Assembly: GCA_964247055.1 (NCBI GenBank)
Contig: OZ176054.1
Span: forward strand, 4,712,001 to 4,776,000
DNA from: Paragordius varius
Lineage: Eukaryota; Animalia; Nematomorpha
Length of the DNA stretch: 64,000 bases
Direction of reading: 5' to 3'
Part shown: in pieces, positions 43,681 through 50,904 of the stretch
Layout: every line of letters starts with the position of its first letter
Position numbering within the stretch: position 1 is the first letter of the stretch
The notes under the pieces: model-generated
Databases searched by the model: none
The model's input: the letters and a program-made list of their open reading frames with translations, nothing else
Told to the model about the DNA's origin: nothing
Position numbers and translations under genes: made by a program

Positions 43681-46600
43681 TGTTGGATATTCTAATATTA
43701 GCATGGGTAATATAAATTGATTGTTGAAAGTGATGGTTGATTTTTGGATATTCTAATATTAGCATGGTTAAAATTAATTTACTGTTGAAAAGTGATGGTT
43801 GATTGGATGTTCTATTAGCATGGGTTATATAAATTGATTGTTGAAAAGTGATGGTCGATTGTTGGATATTCAAATATTAGCATGGGTTATATAAATTGAT
43901 TGTTGAAAGTGATGGTTGATTGTTGGATATTCAAATATTAGCTTGGGTTATATAAATTGATTGTTGAAAAGTGATGGTTGATTGTTGGATATTCTAATAT
44001 TAGCATGGGTAATTTAAATGTAGTGTGTAAAAGTGATGGTCGATTGTTGGATATTTAAATATTAGCATGGGTTATATAAATTGATTGTTGAAAGTGATGG
44101 TTGATTGTTGGATATTCAAATATTAGCTTGGGTTATATAAATTGATTGTTGAAAAGTGATCGTCGATTGTTGGATATTCAAATATTAGCATGGGTTATAT
44201 AAAGTGATTGTTGAAAGTGATGGTTGATTGTTGGATATTCAAATATTAGCTTGGGTTATATAAATTGATTGTTGAAAAGTGATGGTTGATTGTTGGATAT
44301 TCTAATATTAGCATGGGTGATATAAATTTAGTGTGTAAATGATGGTTGATTGTTGGATATTCTAATATTAGCATGGGTTATATAAATTGATTGTTGAAAA
44401 GTGATGGTTGTTTGTTGGATATTCTAATATTAGCATGGGTAATATAAATTGATTGTTGAAATTATGGTTGATTGTTGGATATCCCAATATTAGCATGGGT
44501 AATATAAATTGATTTTTGAAAAGTGATGGTTGATTGTTGGATATTCTAATATTAGCATAGGTAATATAAATTTAGTGTGTAAAAGTGATGGTCGATTGTT
44601 GGATATTCAAATATTAGCATGGGTTATATAAATTGATTGTTGAAAGTGATGGGATTGTTGGATATTCTAATATTAGCATGGGTAATATAAATTAATTGTT
44701 GAAAAGTGATGGTTGATTGTGGGATAGTCTAATATTAGCATGGGTAATATAAATTAATTGTTGAAAAGTGATGGTTGATTGTTGGATATTCTAATATTAG
44801 CATGGATAATATAAATTGATTGTTGAAAAGTCATGGTTGATTGTTGGATATTCAAATATTAGCATGAATAATATAAATTAATTGTTGAAAAGTGATGGTT
44901 GATTGTTGGATATTCTAATATTATCATGGGTAATATAAATTGATTGTTGAAAAGTCATAATTGATTGTTGGATATTCTAATATTAACATGGGTAATATAA
45001 ATTGATTGTTGAAAAGTGATGGTTGATTGTTGGATATTCTAATATTAGCATGGGTAATATAAATTAATTGTTGAAAAGTGATGGTTGATTGTTGGATATT
45101 CTAATATTAGCATGGGTAATATAAATTGATTGTTGAAAAGTGATGGTTGATTGTTGGATATCCCAATATTAGCATGGGTAATATAAATTGATTGTTGAAA
45201 AGTGATGGTTGATTGTTGGATATTCTAATATTAGCATGGTTAAAATAAATTTATTGTTGAAAGTGATGGTTGATTGTTGGATATTCTAATATTAGCATGG
45301 TTAAAATAAATTTATTGTTGAAAGTGATGGTTGATTGTTGGATATTCTAATATTAGCATGGTTAAAATAAATTGATTGTTGAAAAGTTATAGTTGATTGT
45401 TGGATATTCTAATATTAGCATGGGTAATATAAATTGATTGTTGAAAAGTGATGGTTGATTGTTGGATATTCTAATATTAGCATGGGTAATATAAATTGAT
45501 TGTTGAAAGTGATGGTTGATTGTTGGATATTCTAATATTAGCATGGTTAAAATTAATTTACTGTTGAAAAGTGATGGTTGATTGGATGTTCTATTAGCAT
45601 GGGTAATATAAATTGATTGTTGAAAAGTGATGGTCGATTGTTGGATATTCAAATATTAGCATGGGTTATATAAATTGATTGTTGAAAGTGATGGTTGATT
45701 GTTGGATATTCAAATATTAGCCTGGGTTATATAAATTGATTGTTGAAAAGTGATGGTTGATTGTTGGATATTCTAATATTAGCATGGGTAATATAAATTG
45801 ATTGTTGAAAGTGATGGTCGATTGTTGGATATTCAAATATTAGCATGGGTAATATAAATTGATTGTTGAAAGTGATGGTTTATTGTTGGATATTCTAATA
45901 TTAGCACGGTTAAAATAAAATTATTGTTGAAAGTGATGGTTGATTGTTGGATATTCTAATATTAGCATGGTTAAAATAAATTTATTGTTGAAAGTGATGG
46001 TTGATTGTTGGATATTCTAATATTAGCATGGTTAAAATAAATTTATTGTTGAAAGTGATGGTTGATTGTTGGATATTCTAATATTAGCATGGTTAAAATA
46101 AATTGATTGTTGAAAAGTTATAGTTGATTGTTGGATATTCTAATATTAGCATGGGTAATATAAATTGAATGTTGAAAGTGATGGTCGATTGTTGGATATT
46201 CAAATATTAGCATGGGTAATATAAATTTATTGTTGAAAGTGATGGTTGATTGTTGGATATTCAAATATTAGCATAGGTTATATAAATTGATTGTTGAAAA
46301 GTGATGGTTGATTGTTGAATATTCTAATATTAGCATGGGTAATATAAATTAATTGTTGAAAGGTGATGGTTGATTGTTGGATATTCTAATATTAGCATGG
46401 GTAATATAAATTGATTGTTGAAAGTGATGGTTGATTGTTGGATATTCTAATATTAGCATGGTTAAAATTAATTTACTGTTGAAAAGTGATGGTTGATTGG
46501 ATGTTCTATTAGCATGGGTAATATAAATTGATTGTTGAAAAGTGATGGTCGATTGTTGGATATTCAAATATTAGCATGGGTTATATAAATTGATTGTTGA

Positions 46601-46792
46601 AAGTGATGGTTGATTGTTTGATATTCTAATATTAGCTTGGGTAATATGAATTGATTGTTGAAAAGTGATGGTTGATTGTTGGATATTCTAATATTAGCAT
46701 GGGTAATATAAATTGATTGTTGAAAGTGATGGTTGATTGTTGGATATCCCAATATTAGCATGGGTAATATAAATTGATTGTTGAAAAGTTAT

Positions 46793-46797
46793 GGTTG
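46793..46797 (+). other. Target-site duplication GGTTG (left copy)
   Basis: The satellite reads ...AAAGTTATGGTTG then element. The empty-site monomer is ...GTTATGGTTGATTGTTGGATAATCT, so GGTTG is present once in the target and twice after insertion. Confidence 0.93.
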
Positions 46798-46815
46798 TGT
46801 TAAAAGGGTTATCAT
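46798..46815 (+). repeat. Terminal inverted repeat, 18 bp (element 3' end)
   Basis: TGTTAAAAGGGTTATCAT at 46798-46815 is the reverse complement of 50882-50899; the match breaks at the 19th base (T46816 vs G50881). Confidence 0.97.
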
Positions 46816-46888
46816 TGTTGTTTAAGTTGTTGGTTAAGTTTTTAGTCTTTTCGTTATTATCATTGTTGTTTAAGTTTTTAGTCTTTTC
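46809..46888. repeat. Short direct duplication at element 3' end (20+12 bp motif, two copies)
   Basis: TTATCATTGTTGTTTAAGTT at 46809-46828 and 46857-46876, each followed by TTTAGTCTTTTC (46841-46852 after a 12-bp insert, and 46877-46888). Confidence 0.9.
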
Positions 46889-46935
46889 CTCACTTCTCCC
46901 TTCTTCTCCTTCGGCCGACCAATCCATGCGATTCC

Positions 46936-48048
46936 TTAATTGATCAGCATGTTTGCGGATGATTTTGCCATTGTCGTTGACATTGTACGATAACCATCCC
47001 GTTCTGTCGACGATTTGTCCCTCCCTCCAACCAGAACACAATTCATTCTTGATCTATTTTGCCCCTTTTCAAACTCCTGCGGAATGTCGGGAGTATCCAT
47101 GAATTCGTTGGGTTTCGTTTTCATCCATGTTAATGGGCTTTGCATAGTTCTTTTTAAAAACAAATGCGCGGGAGTCTCCTTCGTAGAACTGTGATGCGTG
47201 TTTCGGTAAGCCCATAAGATTTGGTTTAATCTTCGTACTGGGTCTGCGGAAAGGTCTGCGGAAAGTGGGGTTGACATTGAATAATGATTTTTTAGAGTGT
47301 AAATTACCCTCTCTACCAACCCATTTGTTCGGGGGTGGTAGGGAGCTGATGTTACGTGTTTTATATTAGAGGAAGCTAAAGTTCTCTCAAACTCCCCCGA
47401 TTTAAAATAAGAGCCGTTATCAGTAACCACCACTTTTGGGTACCCATACCGGCAAAAACAGGTTTCTAAAAACTTAAGGATATTACCGGTATTCACAGAA
47501 CGTAACGTTTCTACCTCCACCCAGCGGGTGCAATGATCAATTAGTACCACCCAGTATAAATTGTCAATGGGTCCAGCGATATCTAGGTGGAGCCGTTCCC
47601 ATATGGTTGTATTCCCGTTCCATTGATAGGTGGGATTTTCGGGTACATTTGGGCGCAGCCTTTGACAATTTTGGCAACTACGCACCCATTTATCGATATC
47701 TTGGCTCAACCCGGGCCAATAAACCTTTTCACGGCCTAATAGTTTCATGGCTTGTATTCCCGGATGGCCACTATGCAGGTATCTTAAAATATCTGGCTTA
47801 ATTTTGTTCGGGATTATTACCCGATCTCCCACAAATAATAGACCGTATGCATCCTCAATTTCATTTTTTATTGCTATGAAAGGCTTGACCAGGGGGTCCG
47901 TCCAATTATTAGATCTTAGGGCTACTTTTAACTTTGCTATAGTAGGATCCTTCATAGACTCTTGATAGATAATTTCTCTATTTAAATTTAATTCGTTGGA
48001 CCAAATCAAATGAACATTGCTACTTTCATCGTCTTTCTCAAACGCCAT
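46936..48048 (-). CDS. pol: Retroviral-type integrase (HHCC zinc finger plus D,D35E core), fragment of pol; last ~38 codons are out of frame
   Basis: HSGH...CQNC zinc finger; catalytic D 47581-47583 (LHLDIAGP), D 47419-47421 (TDNG) and E 47311-47313 (NGLVER), with 35 residues between the last two; YHPRTNG motif. Confidence 0.94.
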   Translation of the reverse strand: MAFEKDDESSNVHLIWSNELNLNREIIYQESMKDPTIAKLKVALRSNNWTDPLVKPFIAIKNEIEDAYGLLFVGDRVIIPNKIKPDILRYLHSGHPGIQAMKLLGREKVYWPGLSQDIDKWVRSCQNCQRLRPNVPENPTYQWNGNTTIWERLHLDIAGPIDNLYWVVLIDHCTRWVEVETLRSVNTGNILKFLETCFCRYGYPKVVVTDNGSYFKSGEFERTLASSNIKHVTSAPYHPRTNGLVERVIYTLKNHYSMSTPLSADLSADPVRRLNQILWAYRNTHHSSTKETPAHLFLKRTMQSPLTWMKTKPNEFMDTPDIPQEFEKGQNRSRMNCVLVGGRDKSSTERDGYRTMSTTMAKSSANMLIN

Positions 48049-48158
48049 CGGCTCCTGGTTTTCAATGGGGAGTCTCGATAGGCAGTCAGCTATGTTTTCT
48101 GTACCAGGGTGATATTCTATGTTAAAATCGAATACCGATGTTCTAGTTATCCAGCGTA

Positions 48159-48953
48159 CTAGCTTACAATTATTAATTTTAGATCTCTTTGAGGCCCAAA
48201 TAGTTTCACTAAAGGTTTGTGGTCCGTTTGTATTATAAATTTCCTGCCATACAAAAAGGTTTTAAACTTCTCTAACGCTATTAGGATAGATTTTGCTTCT
48301 CGCTCAATTACTGAATAGTTTCCTTCAGCCTGAGAGCATTTTTTTGACGTGTAGGCGATCGGGCGATTACCCGCTGTTGTTCTATGTGATAAAATAGCAC
48401 CGTATCCCGACATTGACGCGTCGGTTTCCAAGACTATAGGTAGTTTGGGATTATACGGATGCAAGGAACTACTCTGGCAGATCAAGTCTTTAGCTTTTTT
48501 GAATATCGAATCATGCGTTAGCGTCCAACACCATTTTTGTTTGTTACCTGCTAATTTATGTAGTTCTCCCATTAAAATGCTTAGGGAAGGGATGAATTTT
48601 GCATGAAAATTAAGTAAACCCAAAAATGATCTAAGAGTGGTTTTGTTGGTCGGGGTCGGGCACTCTTGGATGGCTTTAATTTTGTTTGGGGAGGGCTTAA
48701 TGCAATTTTCAGAAATAATGTGACCAAGATATTCTACAGATGGTTGAAAAAGTTTTATTTTATCTTTGCGCAATTTTAATCCCATTGTCTCCAATTTGGT
48801 AAATACCTTTATTAGGTTGTCCTTGTGCTTTGTCTCGGTTTCTCCTGTCACGATAACGTCATCTAAATAAACGGCTGTACCTGCGCAATCTTTTAATAAC
48901 TCGTCCATTATTTGTTGAAAGAAACTTGGGGCGCAATTCAACCCGAAAGGCAA
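48159..48953 (-). CDS. pol: Reverse transcriptase core and RNase H (frameshift-bounded fragment of pol)
   Basis: LPFGLNCAPSFFQ, YLDD (48858-48869), YLGH, LRSFLGL, RNase H LETDAS, NYSVIEREA, TDHKPL. The track's start is a TTG (Leu) codon, not a true initiation site. Confidence 0.93.
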   Translation of the reverse strand: MPFGLNCAPSFFQQIMDELLKDCAGTAVYLDDVIVTGETETKHKDNLIKVFTKLETMGLKLRKDKIKLFQPSVEYLGHIISENCIKPSPNKIKAIQECPTPTNKTTLRSFLGLLNFHAKFIPSLSILMGELHKLAGNKQKWCWTLTHDSIFKKAKDLICQSSSLHPYNPKLPIVLETDASMSGYGAILSHRTTAGNRPIAYTSKKCSQAEGNYSVIEREAKSILIALEKFKTFLYGRKFIIQTDHKPLVKLFGPQRDLKLIIVS

Positions 48954-48975
48954 TCGTTTATACTTATAAAACCCC

Positions 48976-50580
48976 TTATGTGTCGAAATTGTTAGTAAGT
49001 GCTGTATCTGGGTCTACTGGAATTTGAAAATAGGCGTCTTTCAAATCTAGTGTCGAGAAAGATTTGCCGAAGGAAATTTTTGAGATGAGGTCGTCAAAGG
49101 TTGGGATTATGTATTGCGGCGGTTTTATGTGTGGATTTATACTTATTTTAAAATCCGCGCATATTCTAAGCTCTTTATTAGGTTTTATAATATTTACAGT
49201 AGGGCTGGACCAAACGATTCTAGTCTTTTTTGGATCAACAGGCTCAATTATATCCAGTTTTACCAATCTATTTATCTCATCCTCCACTTTGCTTTGTAAT
49301 GATAGTGGCACCCTTCTACTTGGAAAAATTCTACCACAATTATTATTACTTAAAAACACTTTAATCGGGTCGCCCTTCCAGCAACCAAGGCCCTCAGAAA
49401 ATAACTTGCTAAATTTGTTATATATATCATATGAAGATAAGTTATTTATTATTACATGATTGGGTAATTTTAAATTAAATTGTTTTATCCAGTCCATTCC
49501 AAATATTGATGGTAAGTTGTTGTTTATAATAAAGCACTCTAGAATGTGCGTTCTTTTATCTAATTCAACCTGTAATTTGCATTTACCTAATGTTTTTATA
49601 CGATTATTATTGTATGCATGTATGAAAATATTATTGTTATCAAAATCTAGTGCTGGCTTGCCGAGACGGCACCAGTTTTTATAATTTATGATTGAAATAT
49701 CGGCACCCGTATCAAAAATCATTTCAATAGGAATATTATTTATTTTAGGAACAATTTGGGGTTTTTTTGTCTTATTAAAAAGGGAATATGCTTTAAACAC
49801 TACCTTACAACATCGAGCAAAGTGGTTTGAACGATGGCATCTATAACATTCTTTCCCATAGGCAGGGCAATGTCCCAACGTATGAGTCGTCCCACATTTT
49901 GTGCAGGTTCGTCGGTTATTATTACTATGGCTGCTCTTTGATTGGTGAAGTGTGGCTATTTCGTTTATTTCACCATTACTACTGTGGTTCTTATTATTGT
50001 TACTTTTATTATCATTATCAATATTGATGGACAGCACTTCTGTATTCGTTAGTCCATCTCGTGCCTTCTCATGTGATAAAGCAATATTTACCACCGTATT
50101 TAGAGAAACGGGAGCCCCGTTTTCTAAAGCTTCTGGGAACCGTGTGAATAGTTCCATTTCCACGGCTTGCTCGTCTAACCCGGCGATGAATACATCTCTG
50201 ATGTGCTCGTCAATGTTTGACGAGAACCGGCAGTGGATGGCCATTTGTTTAACTCTTAACAGGAATTCTGTGAACGTTTCCGTTCTCCCCCTCTTCATTT
50301 TAATTAAATCAAAACGCGACGAAAAAATATTCCTTGAGGGGGAGAAGATTTTTATGCCGGCGTTTAAAAGATCTGGGAATGGTGTGTCGTCTATTGCTTG
50401 TGGATAGAAATAATTTTCAATTTTATTAATATTTTCGATTCCTCCGAAAGCCAACAAACATGCTTTCATATTTTCATCGGTGGCTGCGACGTTCTTGACC
50501 TCTAAATTGCGTTTAATATATGTAATATAATTTGTAAACTCAACATTTGGATTAAAACATGATAAATTAATTTTTTCCAT
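48976..50580 (-). CDS. gag-pol: Gag (two zinc knuckles) - aspartic protease - N-terminal reverse transcriptase, ends at frameshift
   Basis: Gag core IRDVFIAGL. Knuckles CTKCGTTHTLGHC-PAYGKE-CYRCHRSNHFARC (49807-49905). Protease IFDTGADISII (DTG 49705-49713). RT motifs WSSPTV, LRICADFK, FSTLDLKDAYFQIP. Confidence 0.93.
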   Translation of the reverse strand: MEKINLSCFNPNVEFTNYITYIKRNLEVKNVAATDENMKACLLAFGGIENINKIENYFYPQAIDDTPFPDLLNAGIKIFSPSRNIFSSRFDLIKMKRGRTETFTEFLLRVKQMAIHCRFSSNIDEHIRDVFIAGLDEQAVEMELFTRFPEALENGAPVSLNTVVNIALSHEKARDGLTNTEVLSINIDNDNKSNNNKNHSSNGEINEIATLHQSKSSHSNNNRRTCTKCGTTHTLGHCPAYGKECYRCHRSNHFARCCKVVFKAYSLFNKTKKPQIVPKINNIPIEMIFDTGADISIINYKNWCRLGKPALDFDNNNIFIHAYNNNRIKTLGKCKLQVELDKRTHILECFIINNNLPSIFGMDWIKQFNLKLPNHVIINNLSSYDIYNKFSKLFSEGLGCWKGDPIKVFLSNNNCGRIFPSRRVPLSLQSKVEDEINRLVKLDIIEPVDPKKTRIVWSSPTVNIIKPNKELRICADFKISINPHIKPPQYIIPTFDDLISKISFGKSFSTLDLKDAYFQIPVDPDTALTNNFDT

Positions 50581-50591
50581 AGACCGCGCCA
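50581..50591 (-). promoter_or_regulatory. Primer-binding site TGGCGCGGTCT (probably tRNA-Ser type)
   Basis: TGG lies 2 nt after the CA end of the LTR-like segment. TGGCGCGGTC resembles the tRNA-Ser-type PBS TGGCGCAGTC with one G:U wobble. The tRNA identity was not verified. Confidence 0.75.
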
Positions 50592-50627
50592 GTTGACAAA
50601 TAGTTAATATAAATTATAAAGGATATA

Positions 50628-50638
50628 TTTATTTATTT
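50628..50638 (-). terminator. Candidate poly(A) signal (overlapping AATAAA) in LTR-like R/U5
   Basis: Minus strand reads CTAAATAAATAAATA about 35-45 nt before the LTR-like end, a typical position for an LTR polyadenylation signal. Confidence 0.45.
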
Positions 50639-50697
50639 AGTATAACATCAAAACTGAATAATATAATATAATGTGTTCTGTGCGTTACAATGATTCC

Positions 50698-50704
50698 TTA
50701 TATA
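50698..50704 (-). promoter_or_regulatory. Candidate TATA box (TATATAA) in LTR-like segment
   Basis: Minus strand reads GTATATAAGG at 50705-50696. An Inr-like TCAGTT lies at 50657-50652, about 50 nt downstream, further than the usual 25-30 nt. The AT-rich context makes chance matches plausible. Confidence 0.4.
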
Positions 50705-50881
50705 CATTAGGAAATTTGGTTATTGCATTCACAAGGATAAAGTTGTGTGGTTTAAACGTTGTTAAAGATAATAAGTATAAATAAAATAATTTGCATTCAC
50801 AACCAAGGTAATATATATTTTTAACGTAACAAGGACCAAAGTGTATTATGCACTAAAAAAGAGAAGGATAATTTGCGTATG

Positions 50882-50899
50882 ATGATAACCCTTTTAACA
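50882..50899 (-). repeat. Terminal inverted repeat, 18 bp (element 5' end)
   Basis: ATGATAACCCTTTTAACA on +, which reads TGTTAAAAGGGTTATCAT on the element strand. Confidence 0.97.
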
Positions 50900-50904
50900 G
50901 GTTG
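50900..50904 (+). other. Target-site duplication GGTTG (right copy)
   Basis: The element ends ...TTTTAACA and is immediately followed by GGTTGATTGTTGGATAATCT. Confidence 0.93.

Larger units (their letters stand above)
1..46797. repeat. Tandem satellite array, 61/62-bp monomer, left arm (roughly 770 monomers), continues beyond window start
   Basis: Continuous head-to-tail copies of GGGTAATATAAATTGATTGTTGAAA(A)GTGATGGTTGATTGTTGGATATTCTAATATTAGCAT. First period is 61 bp (GGG at 1 and at 62); 62 bp when the A-run is 4. Recurrent length variants include 56 bp (402-457, ...GATTGGATGTTCTATTAGC) and 35 bp (121-155). Confidence 0.99.
46798..47054 (-). pseudogene. Integrase C-terminal domain and low-complexity tail in shifted frame, open through the terminal repeat
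   Basis: W-REG-IV-R-G--SY-V--NG---RKHADQLR matches the C-terminal motif typical of Mag-like integrases. It is followed by an E/K/N-rich tail and reads ...DNPFN across the TIR with no stop (ORF track 46694-47041). Confidence 0.8.
46798..50580 (-). pseudogene. gag-pol: Single gag-pol polyprotein frame (about 1,260 aa if restored) interrupted by three frameshifts
   Basis: Conserved motifs continue in a new frame at about 48999 (RT: DTA|LLTISTHKGFYKYKRLPFG), about 48178 (RH: DLK|INNCKLVRW...FDFNIEYHPGTENIADCLSRLP) and about 47054 (IN C-term: FEKGQN|IKNELCSGWREG). No stop was seen between Gag and protease. Confidence 0.88.
46798..50899 (-). mobile_element. Ty3/Gypsy (Mag-like) retroelement, 4,102 bp, with a single 5' LTR-like segment, no 3' LTR, 18-bp terminal inverted repeats and 5-bp TSD
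   Basis: Only non-satellite block. Domain order Gag(2xCCHC)-PR-RT-RH-IN. Termini TGTTAAAAGGGTTATCAT (46798) and ATGATAACCCTTTTAACA (ends 50899) are exact reverse complements. GGTTG is duplicated on both sides. Superfamily is well supported; the Mag clade call rests on motif recognition only. Confidence 0.95.
50594..50899 (-). repeat. Unpaired 5' LTR-like segment (306 bp, TG...CA)
   Basis: On the element strand it starts TGTTA and ends TTTGTCA, followed by AC and a PBS. It contains TATATAA, TCAGTT and AATAAA in U3-R-U5 order. No second copy exists in the window, so LTR identity is inferred from position and motifs rather than from a pair. Confidence 0.7.

Noticed and set aside
700-46761. Dozens of minus-strand ORFs (MNIQQSTITFQQSIY...) of 60-157 aa
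   Set aside because: They are translations of the satellite's C/A-rich strand, which has few stops. Frames shift with 61/62-bp monomers, ORFs recur only at HOR offsets, and no domain or codon-level constraint is evident.
1-46797. CRISPR-like look (constant block alternating with a more variable block)
   Set aside because: The variable parts are point variants of one sequence, not unique spacers; there are no cas genes and the context is eukaryotic.
46893-46912. 20-nt purine run GAAGGAGAAGAAGGGAGAAG followed by TG, a possible PPT opening a 95-bp 3' LTR
   Set aside because: The downstream 95 bp has no direct similarity to the 5' LTR-like segment, and the run encodes EGEEGR in the integrase tail. 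Kept only as a possible cryptic PPT.
48976-49005. Programmed ribosomal frameshift between ORFs
   Set aside because: The break lies inside the RT core rather than at the gag/pol boundary, no slippery heptamer is evident, and two further breaks occur downstream; mutation or sequencing error fits better.
47607-50407. Plus-strand ORFs of 61-151 aa inside the element
   Set aside because: Antisense shadows of gag-pol with no recognisable motifs; expected in AT-rich coding DNA.
50760-50767. TGTTAAAG inside the LTR-like segment as a possible inner copy of the element's 3' end (which would make short paired LTRs)
   Set aside because: The match is only 7 nt and does not extend; the PBS lies about 170 bp further on, so it cannot be the LTR boundary.
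46798-50899. DIRS, Polinton/Maverick, Copia, Bel/Pao or plain Ginger classification
   Set aside because: No tyrosine recombinase (DIRS); no protein-primed polymerase or ATPase and too short (Polinton); integrase follows RT-RH (not Copia); Gag knuckle, RT and IN motifs are Gypsy/Mag-like rather than Bel/Pao; Gag and RT are present (not a plain Ginger).
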